Part shown: positions 9,684 to 19,956 of the stretch, piece by piece | How positions within the stretch are numbered: the stretch's first letter is position 1 | How the letters are laid out: the number at the start of each line of letters is the position of its first letter | Origin: Aquificaceae bacterium | Lineage (GTDB): Bacteria; Aquificota; Aquificia; Aquificales; Aquificaceae | Direction: 5' to 3' | Assembly (NCBI GenBank): GCA_037925075.1 | Contig: JAXSNR010000001.1 | Span: forward strand, 768,001-832,000 | Length of the DNA stretch: 64,000 bases | Translations under genes and position numbers: made by a program | Notes under the pieces: generated by a model | Told to the model about the DNA's origin: nothing | What the model saw: the letters and a program-made list of their open reading frames with translations, nothing else | Database searches by the model: none

Positions 9684-10774
9684 AGGGATTTTTTCTACTC
9701 TTTTTGCTTTTTACACTTTTTTCCTGTGCGCCAAAGCAGGAAGAGACCAATAAGGCCCAGTGGCAGTATTTTTATGACCTTGGTATGTCTTCTTACATTG
9801 CCAAAAACTACTCAGAGGCAATAGCCAACTTCTTCAGGGCTTCACAGCTTGCCCCAAACGAGCCAAAGGTATGGAATGCCCTCGGAAACGCCTATATGGA
9901 GGTGCAAGAATACCAAAAGGCGGAAAACGCCTTTCTTAGAGCCCTTCAAGTGGACAAAACCTATACGGAAGCTAAGCTTAACTTAGGAGTCCTCTACTAC
10001 CGACAGAAGGAGTATGAAAGTGCTCTAAAAGCCCTTAGAGAGGTTATAGAAGATGAGGCCTTCCCTCAGAAACACTTGGCATTTTATTTTCTGGCAAAGG
10101 TCTATCAGTCCATGGACAGGCGCAAGGAATATCTTACTAACCTGCTTAAGGCGGTTGCCTACAATCCCATGTTCCTTGACGCCCAGCTTGAGCTTGCACA
10201 ATCTTACGAGGAGGACGGAGATTATAGGTCTGCGGTGGATGTTTATCGGCGTCTGGTGAACAACGGTATAGTAAACCATTCCATATACCTAAGCATGGCT
10301 AGAGTGGAATACAAACTAGGCAACTATTCCTCCGCAAAGGATTACATAAGGAGGGTCATTGAAGACAAGCAGACTGTGCCTCAACTCAAATCTCAGGCCT
10401 ATGAGCTTCTTAGTCTCATACTCATAGCGGAACAGAGAGCACAGAGCACACCAACGCCTCAGGAAAAAACGGACACACAAACAAAAGCTACCTATTCCGA
10501 AAGTAAAATGGACACACAACTAAAGGAAACTGAGCATCCCCAACCAACTGGCAAGTTTTACAGAATACAGGTCGGTGCCTTCTCTTCCGCAAGCTCCGCA
10601 AAGGCATGGAGAGAAAGGCTTGAAAGGGAGCTGAACCTCAAAGATGTGGTTGTGGTGGAAAGTGTAGGTGTGTTCAGGGTTTTTTATGGTAGGTTTGAAA
10701 GCAGAGAAGAAGCTCGCAAACAGCTTGAAAGGCTTCGGAGTATAAACCTGTATGGTTTCATAGTTTACGAGTAA
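9680..10774 (+). CDS. TPR lipoprotein (PilF/PilW-like) with C-terminal SPOR domain
   Basis: Lipobox LFSC, multiple TPR repeats (WNALGNAY, LNLGVLYY), YRIQVGAFSS. Confidence 0.8.
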   Translation: MKGFFLLFLLFTLFSCAPKQEETNKAQWQYFYDLGMSSYIAKNYSEAIANFFRASQLAPNEPKVWNALGNAYMEVQEYQKAENAFLRALQVDKTYTEAKLNLGVLYYRQKEYESALKALREVIEDEAFPQKHLAFYFLAKVYQSMDRRKEYLTNLLKAVAYNPMFLDAQLELAQSYEEDGDYRSAVDVYRRLVNNGIVNHSIYLSMARVEYKLGNYSSAKDYIRRVIEDKQTVPQLKSQAYELLSLILIAEQRAQSTPTPQEKTDTQTKATYSESKMDTQLKETEHPQPTGKFYRIQVGAFSSASSAKAWRERLERELNLKDVVVVESVGVFRVFYGRFESREEARKQLERLRSINLYGFIVYE

Positions 10775-11353
10775 TTATAGGCTTTCCTTTGTGGAGGGTA
10801 TGACCCCACCTGTAAGGCTTACCGCCTGTCTGAGGCTCAGTGCAAGCCCCTTAAAACAAGCCTCCGCCACATGATGAAGAATCTTACCAGAAAGAACCCT
10901 TATGTGAAGTGTGCTTTTGCTCTCTAAAGCAAAGCCCTTGAAAAACTCCCATATGAGTTCAAAGTCAAAGTCTGTTATCTTACCCCGTAGGTTCAAATCC
11001 TCGTAGAAAAGCAAAGGTCTTCCAGAGAGGTCTATGCTTACCAGCGAAAGGGCTTCGTCCATGGGCACTATAGCGTATCCGTAGCGGTTTATACCCCTTT
11101 TGTCCACCAAGGCTTGCAAAAAAGCCATGCCTAGCACTATGCCCACATCCTCCACCGTGTGGTGATGGGAAACGTGCACATCCCCTTCCGCATACAGCTC
11201 TATGTCAAAGTGTCCGTGCCTTGCAAGAGTCTCCACCATGTGGCTTAAGAAGCCTACAGGCGTCTCCACCTTGTAGCTTCCCGTGCCCTCAAGGTTCAGG
11301 AATAGCTCTATCTTCGTTTCCCGTGTCTGCCGGGTAATGTGCGCCTTCCTCAT
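10775..11353 (-). CDS. hisB: Imidazoleglycerol-phosphate dehydratase
   Basis: [35 protein letters not shown]. Confidence 0.96.
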   Translation of the reverse strand: MRKAHITRQTRETKIELFLNLEGTGSYKVETPVGFLSHMVETLARHGHFDIELYAEGDVHVSHHHTVEDVGIVLGMAFLQALVDKRGINRYGYAIVPMDEALSLVSIDLSGRPLLFYEDLNLRGKITDFDFELIWEFFKGFALESKSTLHIRVLSGKILHHVAEACFKGLALSLRQAVSLTGGVIPSTKESL

Positions 11354-12332
11354 TTAGCATGTATTCTATCACAAATTTCCTTAGGGCTTGTTCAGGTTCT
11401 GAATAGTAGACCTTTATGCCTATGTCCAGTAGGTAAAGCCTTCTGAGTAGCAAGCTAAGGTCTTCAAGGGAGTTATGAGAAAGGTATCTTTTAAAGCTTA
11501 AGGCCTGAAACTTGTGCTTTATGTCCACTTCAAGGAGGGCTTTTTCCACATTACATCCCTCTTGAGTTAGCCTTTGGGCAGTGTATAGCTTAAGGGTGTA
11601 GTTAAGGAGAAAGGTGAGAATCTGTAGTGGGTGTGTGCCAGACCTAAGAAGAGAATTAAGGGAATTAAGGGCTTTTTCGTAGTCTTTGAGAAACAACCCA
11701 TCCGCCAAATCAAAGATACTAAGCTCAGGCTCAGCAAGCACTATGGACTTTACATCCTCAAGGGTTATGTTCTTTTTCCCGTAAAGTATCAGCTTGTCGG
11801 TTTCACCTTTTAGAGTCATGAGTTGATAAGAGGTGGCTTCCAGAAGATACTCAAGGGCTTCCTCCTCTATGCTTATACCTTCCCTTTGCAATTTGTTTTT
11901 TACAAGGTCTCTTATCTTTTTCTTATCCAGCCTGCCCGCATATATAACATCGCCCAGCTTTGAAAGGCTAAGGAACGGGTCCTTTTCAAGCTCCTTCTCG
12001 CCAAGCTTATAGCCCACGTAAAAAAAGACCTTTTTGCCCCTTGCCCTTTCAAGATAGGTTATGAGGTTTTTGTGAGTCTTTACACCCTTTAGGAACTCTT
12101 CAGCCCTGTATATAAAGAGGGCTTCTTCCTTTGCAAACATACCAGTTGTGCTTATGACAGCTATAAAATCCTCAAAACTCAATTCATCACCCCAGAGAAT
12201 TTTCAAACTCATTGCTTCTTTGAGCTTGTCAAGGAGGCTCTTTACGAGGTACTCTTCTTCGCCATGTATGAGGTTTACCGGCTTTATACGTTCTCTTCTG
12301 AGGTTTTTCTGATATTCAAGGAGGCTTATCAC
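11289..12332 (-). CDS. holA: DNA polymerase III delta subunit
   Basis: [10 protein letters not shown]-terminus, [15 protein letters not shown]; size and helical pattern. Confidence 0.85.
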   Translation of the reverse strand: MISLLEYQKNLRRERIKPVNLIHGEEEYLVKSLLDKLKEAMSLKILWGDELSFEDFIAVISTTGMFAKEEALFIYRAEEFLKGVKTHKNLITYLERARGKKVFFYVGYKLGEKELEKDPFLSLSKLGDVIYAGRLDKKKIRDLVKNKLQREGISIEEEALEYLLEATSYQLMTLKGETDKLILYGKKNITLEDVKSIVLAEPELSIFDLADGLFLKDYEKALNSLNSLLRSGTHPLQILTFLLNYTLKLYTAQRLTQEGCNVEKALLEVDIKHKFQALSFKRYLSHNSLEDLSLLLRRLYLLDIGIKVYYSEPEQALRKFVIEYMLNEEGAHYPADTGNEDRAIPEP

Positions 12333-13621
12333 GAGTGCATAGCCTTTAAGAAGTCTTTGTTAGTTTTGAACTTTTTAAGTTTATCAAGGAGAAACTCCAT
12401 AGCTTCTATTGGGTCCATTGTCGCAAGAAATTTTCTTAAAACCCATATCCTCTGAAGTTCCCAGTCCTCGAGGAGAAGCTCTTCCTTTCTTGTGCCTGAT
12501 TTCTCTATATTTATTGCTGGGAATATCCTCCTTTCCATAAGCCTACGGTCTAAGTGTATTTCCATGTTTCCTGTACCCTTGAACTCCTCGTATATAACAT
12601 CGTCCATCTTGGAGCCTGTCTCTATAAGGGCTGTGGCTATTATGGTAAGAGAGCCACCCTCTTCTATGTTCCGTGCCGCACCGAAGAATTTTTTGGGTCT
12701 TTGGAGGGCGGTTGCCTCTATACCACCGGTCAGCACCCTTCCTGTGGGAGGAGTAACTGCGTTGGATGCCCTTCCAAAACGTGTCATGGAGTCCAAAAGA
12801 ATTACCACATCCTGCTTTAGCTCCACGAGCCTCTTTGCCTTTTCCACCACAAGCTCTGCCACCTGCATGTGCCTCTCTGGAGGCTCGTCAAAGGTGGACG
12901 CGACCACTTCAGCACCCTCTCCCACTATCCTACGCATCTCTGTAACCTCTTCTGGCCTTTCATCTATGAGTAGTATGATGAGATACACCTCTGGGTGGTT
13001 CGCTATGAGAGCCTTTGCTATCTTCTGCAAAAGCACCGTCTTTCCCGCCTTTGGAGGTGCCACTATCATACCCCTCTGCCCTTTGCCTATGGGTGCTATG
13101 AGGCTTATTACCCTTGTAGATAACTCTGTGGGAGATGTTTCAAGGTTGAACCTCTCCGTTGGATGGTAAGGGGTGAGCTTTTCAAACTGAGCCCTTGCCC
13201 TTAGTACTTCTGGGTCTGGTGGCAGTCCATTGACGGACTCTATCTTTATAAGGGCTTGGTATTTTTCCTTTTCCTGTGGAGGTCTTGCAAAGCCTACTAT
13301 GGTATCGCCCGTTCTAAGCCCAAACCTTTTTATCTGGGAAGGTGCCACATAAATATCTGTGTAGCTTGGCATGTAGTTGTTCTCAGGGCTCCTTATAAAA
13401 CCGTAGCCCTCGGGCAGTATTTCCAGCACGCCCTTTACAAAGTTTAGCCCCTCCTCCTTTGCCTGCACTGTGAGTATTTTTTCTATGAGCTCTTCCTTCC
13501 TTAGCCCCGTTACCCTTGAAAGCTCAAGATCTTTGCCTATTTTTTGCAATTCCTGAAGGGATAGCTTTTTTAGCTCTTCAAGGGTATAGATCTTTTTCTC
13601 TTGCACCTGCTCCATACTCAA
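12329..13621 (-). CDS. rho: Transcription termination factor Rho
   Basis: [54 protein letters not shown]. Confidence 0.98.
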   Translation of the reverse strand: MSMEQVQEKKIYTLEELKKLSLQELQKIGKDLELSRVTGLRKEELIEKILTVQAKEEGLNFVKGVLEILPEGYGFIRSPENNYMPSYTDIYVAPSQIKRFGLRTGDTIVGFARPPQEKEKYQALIKIESVNGLPPDPEVLRARAQFEKLTPYHPTERFNLETSPTELSTRVISLIAPIGKGQRGMIVAPPKAGKTVLLQKIAKALIANHPEVYLIILLIDERPEEVTEMRRIVGEGAEVVASTFDEPPERHMQVAELVVEKAKRLVELKQDVVILLDSMTRFGRASNAVTPPTGRVLTGGIEATALQRPKKFFGAARNIEEGGSLTIIATALIETGSKMDDVIYEEFKGTGNMEIHLDRRLMERRIFPAINIEKSGTRKEELLLEDWELQRIWVLRKFLATMDPIEAMEFLLDKLKKFKTNKDFLKAMHS

Positions 13622-13630
13622 AAACCTCCT

Positions 13631-14983
13631 TTATTTTCCTATACAGAACCTTGAAAATATGCTTCCTAAAACATCCTCCGTACTTACGACTCCAAGAATT
13701 TCTTCCAAATAGCTAAGGGCTTCCCTCAAATCAAGCATGAGTATCTCTGGAAACAGCTCTTCTCTCTCCAGTCTGTGTATTAATGATTTTAACACCTCTG
13801 AGGATTTTTTCAAGAGGTTTTCGTGCCTGACGGTAATGTAAACCTGCATTCCATTGCTTACATGAAGACCCAACCTTTGCAGGATGCTTTCTTTTAGCTC
13901 TTCCAGTCCATACCCGGTGAGGGCACTTACCTTCATGGCTTGAGGGAAGACCTGAAGAACCTCCTTCTCTATACCTTGGTCCACTTTGTTAGCCACTACA
14001 ATATGCTCAAGCTCCTTAACCATGGAGTGTATGCTCATGTCCTCTTCCTCAAGGGGTCTGCTGGCGTCTACCACAAAAAGGACCATGTCAGAGGTTTTGA
14101 GCCTCTGGATGCTTCTTTCTACTCCTATCTTTTCTACAGGGTCCTCGGTATGTCTTATGCCTGCGGTATCTATGAGGTTTACCGGTATGCCCTTTAGGGT
14201 CAGGTTTTCTTGCAAGAAGTCCCTTGTGGTTCCCGGGATGTCTGTAACTATGGCTCTTTCCTTACCAAGCAAGGCATTAAAGAGAGAAGATTTCCCCACG
14301 TTGGGCTTTCCCACTATGGCAAGGTTTATGCCCCTTCTGAGAAATTCTCCGGTTCTTACCGTTGAGAGCAGTAGCTGTATGTCCCTAAGGATATCTCTGA
14401 GTAGGTTTATCAGTTGCCCCTTACTGAGGGTGGGTATGTCTTCTTCTGAGAACTCTATGTCCGCCTCCACGTAGGCAAGGAGTTCAAGGATCCTGTCTCT
14501 TAGGGATTTTATCAGAGCGGATAGCTCTCCCTGTAGCCTTTTTTGTGCGGATTTAAGGCTTAGCTCAGACCTTGCACCTATTAGGTCTCCCACCGCCTCT
14601 GCCTGAAGAAGGTCCAGCTTTCCGTTCAGAAACGCCCTCTTGGTAAACTCCCCGGGCTCTGCAAGCCTTATACCTCTGGAGAGGAAAAGCTCAAGGGCTT
14701 TTTTTAATATAAGAGGGTTTCCATGAAGGAAAAGCTCCACCATGTCCTCGCCCGTGTAGCTTTTTGGAGATGGATAGAAGATAAAAATCCCCTCATCAAG
14801 CACACTACCGTCCTTGTCCCTAAGCTTTACAAAATGGGCATACCTTGCCTTTAGACTTCCTCTAAAAGTCAAAAGGTCCCTTATCCTTTCTAAAACACCA
14901 AGACCGGACAACCTTATGGCTCCAATGGCACTTTCACCAAAGGGCGTTGCTATGGCTACGATGGGTTCTCTTTGTTTTACCAT
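13631..14983 (-). CDS. mnmE: tRNA modification GTPase MnmE/TrmE
   Basis: PKSYTGED, GKPNVGKSSL, GTTRD, DTAG, C-terminal FCIGK. Confidence 0.97.
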   Translation of the reverse strand: MVKQREPIVAIATPFGESAIGAIRLSGLGVLERIRDLLTFRGSLKARYAHFVKLRDKDGSVLDEGIFIFYPSPKSYTGEDMVELFLHGNPLILKKALELFLSRGIRLAEPGEFTKRAFLNGKLDLLQAEAVGDLIGARSELSLKSAQKRLQGELSALIKSLRDRILELLAYVEADIEFSEEDIPTLSKGQLINLLRDILRDIQLLLSTVRTGEFLRRGINLAIVGKPNVGKSSLFNALLGKERAIVTDIPGTTRDFLQENLTLKGIPVNLIDTAGIRHTEDPVEKIGVERSIQRLKTSDMVLFVVDASRPLEEEDMSIHSMVKELEHIVVANKVDQGIEKEVLQVFPQAMKVSALTGYGLEELKESILQRLGLHVSNGMQVYITVRHENLLKKSSEVLKSLIHRLEREELFPEILMLDLREALSYLEEILGVVSTEDVLGSIFSRFCIGK

Positions 14984-15004
14984 GGTTTTTAGAAAATAAA
15001 TTAT

Positions 15005-15904
15005 TTAGTCCAAGATAAGCGTCAAGTTTTTGGCATGCTCAAGGGCTTTTTTGTATTCCTCTTTGCTTACTTTCCTTGAAAGCTCAGGATACTTATAGGC
15101 TTGGTAGTGGGGCATGTACTGGTCCATCAGGTTGACCGCCATGCGTGGGGAGATGGCTCTTAGTTCTTCCATTATGGTTTGCGTTTTGGCTAAATCCTGC
15201 GGTAGAACAAGGTGTCTTATGAGGACGCCTTTTATGGCTATACCCTCTTCGTTTAGCTCAAGGTCTCCCACCTGACGGTACATTTCTCTTATGGCTTGCA
15301 AGGCTACCTTATGGTAGTCTTTTACCTTTGAATACTTTCTGCCCATGTGGTCATCTCCGTACTTGAAGTCTGCCAAGTATATGTCCACTATGCCATCAAG
15401 TAGCCTAAGGCTTTCTAGGCTGTCATAAGAAGAAGTGTTATACACTATGGGAATTCTTAGCCCACCCTTTACCGCTATGTGGAGGGCTTGAAGTATTTGA
15501 GGAACCACGTGGGATGGGCTTACAAGGTTTATGTTATGACAGCCAAGCCTCTGAAGGCTCAAGAAAACCTTCGCAAGCTCTTCGGGTCTTAGCTCCTCAC
15601 CTTCTCCCAGATGGCTTATGGTGTAGTTCTGACAGTAAACGCATTTCATGTTGCAATGGGAGAAAAAGACCGTACCTGAGCCTCTTTTGCCCCTTATGGG
15701 CTTCTCTTCTCCCCTATGGGGAAAGTAGTCCGCCACCACTACATGCCTTCCAGTTTTGCAGTAGCCCTTTTCATCTTCCAGTCTATTAACGCCGCACCTG
15801 TGAGGGCAAACTTCACAGCTTTTTAGCATCTCAAGGGCCTTATTTATACGTTCAGTCCACTCCTCTTCGCTTAGATTCAGATAGGAAGGGTATTTCCTGT
15901 CCAT
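15005..15904 (-). CDS. Radical SAM protein, PflX-like
   Basis: CEVCPHRC, HRGEE, GSGTVFFSHCNMKCVYCQN, IRHLVLP; ATG 15904 chosen to avoid overlapping dnaN. Confidence 0.85.
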   Translation of the reverse strand: MDRKYPSYLNLSEEEWTERINKALEMLKSCEVCPHRCGVNRLEDEKGYCKTGRHVVVADYFPHRGEEKPIRGKRGSGTVFFSHCNMKCVYCQNYTISHLGEGEELRPEELAKVFLSLQRLGCHNINLVSPSHVVPQILQALHIAVKGGLRIPIVYNTSSYDSLESLRLLDGIVDIYLADFKYGDDHMGRKYSKVKDYHKVALQAIREMYRQVGDLELNEEGIAIKGVLIRHLVLPQDLAKTQTIMEELRAISPRMAVNLMDQYMPHYQAYKYPELSRKVSKEEYKKALEHAKNLTLILD

Positions 15905-15931
15905 ACCGGCTACTGGGTTATAATATATGCC

Positions 15932-17017
15932 ATGAAACTCAAGATAGACAGAGAGGAATTTCTGTCCGCCCTTCAAAAGGCGAAGAACGCCACAGAGAAG
16001 AAGTCTGCTCTGCCCATACTTAACAACTTCCTTCTGAGTGCGGAAGATGGATTTCTCAGCTTAAGGGCAACTGACCTTGAAAATTTCCTTTCCCTACGCA
16101 TAGGGGCTGAGGTGGAAGAGGAGGGCAAAACCGCGGTCAGTGCTGACAAGCTCACCAATGTGGTAAAGAGCCTTGCAAGTGCTACGGTTTCAATTGAGCT
16201 CAGAGAGGACCGGTTGGTGGTGGGAGGAGGAAGAAGCACCTTTAGACTTACAACCCTTGACACAGAAGATTTTCCAGAGTTTCCAAAGCCCGAAACCTCC
16301 GCAGAGCTATCTTCTGCAGACCTTGTAAGGGCAATAGACAAGGTGGAATACGCCATATCAAAGGATGACAGCCGTTATGCCCTTCAAGGCTTGTATGTTC
16401 ATGAGGTGGATGGAAGGACACACTTTGTAGGTTCAGATGGACACAGGCTTGCCCTCTTTTGGAAGAACTCTTCCTTTCCTATGGAGCTTCTCATACCAAG
16501 AAAGAGCCTCAAAGTAATTCAAGGTCTTATGAAGGAATACCTTGGATCTGTTAAATCTGGCAAGGACGAATCCTTTGCCCATTTTACCGGTGAGGACTGG
16601 AGCCTGTCTGTGAGACTGTTAGAGGGTGAGTATCCAGACTACATGGCGGTTATACCCAGAAGCTTTAACCACGAGGTGCTAATAAATAGAGTGGACTTTC
16701 TTGAAAGCCTCAAAAGGTTGTCCGCCATAGCGGAGTCCTCCGCCTTTCCCGTAAAGGTGAGCTTTTCTGACCACATGGCCCTTTTTGAGATATCCGACCC
16801 AGAGTATGGAGAGGGAAAGGATGAGGTGGATGTGGACTACACGGGCGAGCCTGTGGATGTGGGCTTTAACGGCAAGTACCTTATAGAAGCCTTAGACAGC
16901 TTTGATGTAGGGAGGGTCTGGATAAGGATAGTGGACCCAGACAGTGCTGTGGTTATTGAGTCTGATGATACGGAAAAGGACCCCTACCTTTGTCTTGTTA
17001 TGCCCATGAGGCTCTAA
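15932..17017 (+). CDS. dnaN: DNA polymerase III beta clamp
   Basis: ATDLE, SDGHRL, GEYPDY, GFNGKYL, C-terminal VMPMRL. Confidence 0.97.
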   Translation: MKLKIDREEFLSALQKAKNATEKKSALPILNNFLLSAEDGFLSLRATDLENFLSLRIGAEVEEEGKTAVSADKLTNVVKSLASATVSIELREDRLVVGGGRSTFRLTTLDTEDFPEFPKPETSAELSSADLVRAIDKVEYAISKDDSRYALQGLYVHEVDGRTHFVGSDGHRLALFWKNSSFPMELLIPRKSLKVIQGLMKEYLGSVKSGKDESFAHFTGEDWSLSVRLLEGEYPDYMAVIPRSFNHEVLINRVDFLESLKRLSAIAESSAFPVKVSFSDHMALFEISDPEYGEGKDEVDVDYTGEPVDVGFNGKYLIEALDSFDVGRVWIRIVDPDSAVVIESDDTEKDPYLCLVMPMRL

Positions 17018-18434
17018 GGACAGGTTTTCTGTTTGCCTCTGCTTCCTTTATCCTCTTTACCTGCGTCCCATGTGGTGAGGACCTGAGAAGTTGAGGGTTT
17101 TCCTGTGCGGTCCTTACTATCTCCCTTAGGGCTTGGGCAAACCTCTCAAGGGTCTGAGGGCTTTCCGTTTCTGTGGGCTCTATCATGAGAGCCTCTTTTA
17201 CGGTAAGGGGAAAGTATACGGTGGGTGCATAAAAGCCCATGTCCAACAGAGCCTTTGCCACATCCATAGCCCTTATGTCCCCTTTTAGGAGGTTTTGAGC
17301 TGACAGGACAAACTCGTGCATGCAAGGGACATGCTCATAAGGATCAAGGAGAAGGTCCTTAAGGAGCTTTCTCAGGTATCTTGCGTTAAGAATCGCATAC
17401 TTTGCCACCTTGTCTATCTCCGAGCCATAAGAGAGTATGTATGCTAAAGCCCTTACAAAAACGCCCACATGCCCGTAGAAGGCAAGGACTTTACCCACGC
17501 TTTTGGGTCTGTCCCAGTCTAACCTGTACTTTCCATCCTCAAAGACCACATGAGGAACGGGAAGGTAGGCTTCGAGCCTTTCTGAAACACCAACCGCACC
17601 ACCACCGGGACCTCCCCCTCCGTGGGGTGTTGAGAAGGTCTTATGGAGGTTAAAGTGCATCACATCCACACCCCACTCCCCGGGTCTTGCAACTCCCACA
17701 AGGGCGTTCATGTTGGCACCATCCATGTAAAGGAGTGCATCCTTTTCATGAAGCGTCTGAGCTATATCCCTTATCCTTCTTTCAAATATGCCCAGAGTGT
17801 TTGGGTTTGTTAGCATAAGGCATGCGGTATTGTCGCTTAACTTCTTCTGAAAATCTTCCCAGTCAAGCTCTCCCTTCTCGTTGCTTTTAACCGTTATAAC
17901 CTCAAAACCACACAGAGATGCGGTCGCGGGATTTGTACCATGGGAGGTGTCTGGCACAAGGACCTCCCTCTTGTGGAAATTCCCCCTGTCCCTGTGGTAA
18001 GAGAGTATCATCAAAAGCCCCAAAAGCTCACCATGAGCCCCAGCTGCGGGCTGTAGAGAAACCTCCTTAAAGCCCCCTATCTCCTTAAGAAGCTCCTTCA
18101 ATTGGTACATGAGCTCTAAGGTGCCCTGTGCGTAATCTTCTGGTGTCATGGGATGTAGGCCTAAAAAACCTTCAAGGCTTGCAAGCTCTTCGTTGATCCT
18201 TGGGTTGTATTTCATGGTGCAGGACCCAAGGGGAACCATGGTGGTGTCTATGGCGTAGTTAAGCTGGGAAAGTTTTGTGTAGTGCCTTACCACATCAAGC
18301 TCAGAAACCTCTGGAAACTTAAGGTCTTCTCTGTAGTATTCCCTTAGGTATTCTTTCAGGTCTAACTCTTCCACATCCAAATCTGGCAGTCTATAGCCTC
18401 TTCTTCCCTTTGAAGAAAGCTCAAAGATTAGCAT
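16998..18434 (-). CDS. gcvPB: Glycine dehydrogenase (decarboxylating) subunit 2
   Basis: PLGSCTMKYNP, QPAAGAHGE, HFNLHKTFSTPHGGGGPG, MIEPTETES. Confidence 0.95.
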   Translation of the reverse strand: MLIFELSSKGRRGYRLPDLDVEELDLKEYLREYYREDLKFPEVSELDVVRHYTKLSQLNYAIDTTMVPLGSCTMKYNPRINEELASLEGFLGLHPMTPEDYAQGTLELMYQLKELLKEIGGFKEVSLQPAAGAHGELLGLLMILSYHRDRGNFHKREVLVPDTSHGTNPATASLCGFEVITVKSNEKGELDWEDFQKKLSDNTACLMLTNPNTLGIFERRIRDIAQTLHEKDALLYMDGANMNALVGVARPGEWGVDVMHFNLHKTFSTPHGGGGPGGGAVGVSERLEAYLPVPHVVFEDGKYRLDWDRPKSVGKVLAFYGHVGVFVRALAYILSYGSEIDKVAKYAILNARYLRKLLKDLLLDPYEHVPCMHEFVLSAQNLLKGDIRAMDVAKALLDMGFYAPTVYFPLTVKEALMIEPTETESPQTLERFAQALREIVRTAQENPQLLRSSPHGTQVKRIKEAEANRKPVLRASWA

Positions 18435-18477
18435 TTTTTACATTATAACCTTTTATAGATACTATAAAAATCCTTTA

Positions 18478-18520
18478 TTGACCAAGGGCATAAGGGAAGT
18501 ATATTAAAGCTAAGGAGGTG
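18478..18520 (+). promoter_or_regulatory. Sigma70-like promoter and SD of the 18528 gene
   Basis: TTGACC (18478-83), 16 nt, TATATT (18500-05); AAGGAGGTG at 18512-20. Confidence 0.55.
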
Positions 18521-18527
18521 GTGGGAA

Positions 18528-19937
18528 ATGATAGAACTGATCCTTAACAAACAAACCCTTTCCAACAAGGAGAAGCTTGCCCTTTTTAGGAGCCTTCTGA
18601 GGTCTGAGATGGAGGTTCTCAACGAATACTGCACTGCGGACCACATGCCAAAGAGGTACATGTTGGAACTGTGTCATCTCCAAAACATAAAAAAGGTGAA
18701 CATAGCCAGACTTCTGAGCATAATTGAGTTCTACGACCCAGAGTTTATAAAGACCCTTGCCCTGACGGACCCAAGAGTGAGAAAATTTTTAGGTTATTAC
18801 TTTGATTTTCTTAGAACAAACCCCTACGGATACGAAGCCATAGAGCCCCAAAACCTTTTTGGAAACTGGGACTTTATAAAATACAAGCTAAAGGTACTTT
18901 TACCAGAGCTAAGCCTTGATGAAATAGAGAGGTTTAAGTTCAAAAGAAAAGAGTTTGTTGAATACGCAAGAAAAAGGACCGGTGAAAGCGAGGAGGTGAT
19001 AGAGTCAAAGCTCAACAAGGCAACGTGGTATGAGAGCATCCCATACCTTGAGCTTGAGGAGGAGATGTCTAAACAATGGCATCCCGAGCCCATAATGACC
19101 GACGAGGACTGGAAGTTTATAAAGAGGCATATAAAAGGCAGGAAGAATGTGGTGATCTTTCAGGATGGAAAGGAAAAGCTTGTTTATGTGGATGTGGATA
19201 TACCAAGCGAGGAGCTTGACAAATACAGAAAAGATAGAGAAGGGCTTAAAAAACTTCTGATGCATAGGTATAACCTTCCCGAAGAGGGTGCGGAGCAGAT
19301 ACTTAGAAAAGCCGGCTGGGAGTCCGAAACCTACCACATAGTACCACCCATTCATAGCGATGTGGTCTTAGATTACGGAGAGCTTGAAAAAGAGGTAAAG
19401 GAAGAAGGGGAGGAAGAGAGCAATGTGAGCTACCATGAGCTTTCTAACTTTATAAGATACTTGGGAGGTCTTGAATTGGAAGAGCTTAACTACTTTGAGC
19501 TTGCATACGACAAGGTGGAGCCAGAGGTACAGAACATCCTTGACCAGATAATAAGAACCCAGAGGAGGATATTGGGCAAGCTCTTTGGCATCTTCTACAC
19601 CGTTGACCCACTAATGGCGGAAGCCATACTAACCATAAAGCCAGAAAGGCTTGAGTTCCTAAAATCCCTGACGGTAAGCGAGACAGTAAGAGGGAAGGAG
19701 TTTAATCTTTATTCTAACCTTGCAGCGTGGAACACGGTAAAGGAGAGGATAATCTCCCGTTTTCCCGAAGTAAGCTACGAAGAGATAGAGGAGTTCAAGG
19801 GTAGAAGACAGGATTTTGTTAGGTTTTTGGCACAGAGGACAGGAAGGTCGGAGGAGGCGGTAGAAAGAGGGCTTGAGGAATGTGGATGGCTAAGAACCGA
19901 GGAGATACCACCTTTCCTTAGACAGATAGGGCCATAA
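18528..19937 (+). CDS. Uncharacterised repeat protein: two degenerate ferritin-like (EncFtn/Flp-type) hairpins plus three CsbD/YjbJ-like repeats
   Basis: Internal repeats seen by eye (see findings); strong SD; no TM segment or signal peptide. Confidence 0.6.
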   Translation: MIELILNKQTLSNKEKLALFRSLLRSEMEVLNEYCTADHMPKRYMLELCHLQNIKKVNIARLLSIIEFYDPEFIKTLALTDPRVRKFLGYYFDFLRTNPYGYEAIEPQNLFGNWDFIKYKLKVLLPELSLDEIERFKFKRKEFVEYARKRTGESEEVIESKLNKATWYESIPYLELEEEMSKQWHPEPIMTDEDWKFIKRHIKGRKNVVIFQDGKEKLVYVDVDIPSEELDKYRKDREGLKKLLMHRYNLPEEGAEQILRKAGWESETYHIVPPIHSDVVLDYGELEKEVKEEGEEESNVSYHELSNFIRYLGGLELEELNYFELAYDKVEPEVQNILDQIIRTQRRILGKLFGIFYTVDPLMAEAILTIKPERLEFLKSLTVSETVRGKEFNLYSNLAAWNTVKERIISRFPEVSYEEIEEFKGRRQDFVRFLAQRTGRSEEAVERGLEECGWLRTEEIPPFLRQIGP

Positions 19938-19956
19938 GCTGTTAAAATCTTAACCT

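Noticed and set aside
12492..13169. 225-aa + strand ORF inside rho, and similar long antisense ORFs (13986..14474, 48247..48948, 49063..49584, 54668..55237, 62913..63455)
   Set aside because: They are shadows of conserved genes on the opposite strand, with no motifs, start signals or native composition
15905..15976. Upstream extensions of PflX-like, tsaE (to 33650), trxB-like (from 42857) and tsaC (to 56676) ORFs
   Set aside because: They overlap well-supported neighbouring genes; downstream starts fit homology and promoter spacing better
19665..19690. SLTVSE in the 469-aa protein as an encapsulin targeting peptide
   Set aside because: Weak match to LTVGSL-type peptides, internal position, and no encapsulin gene in the window
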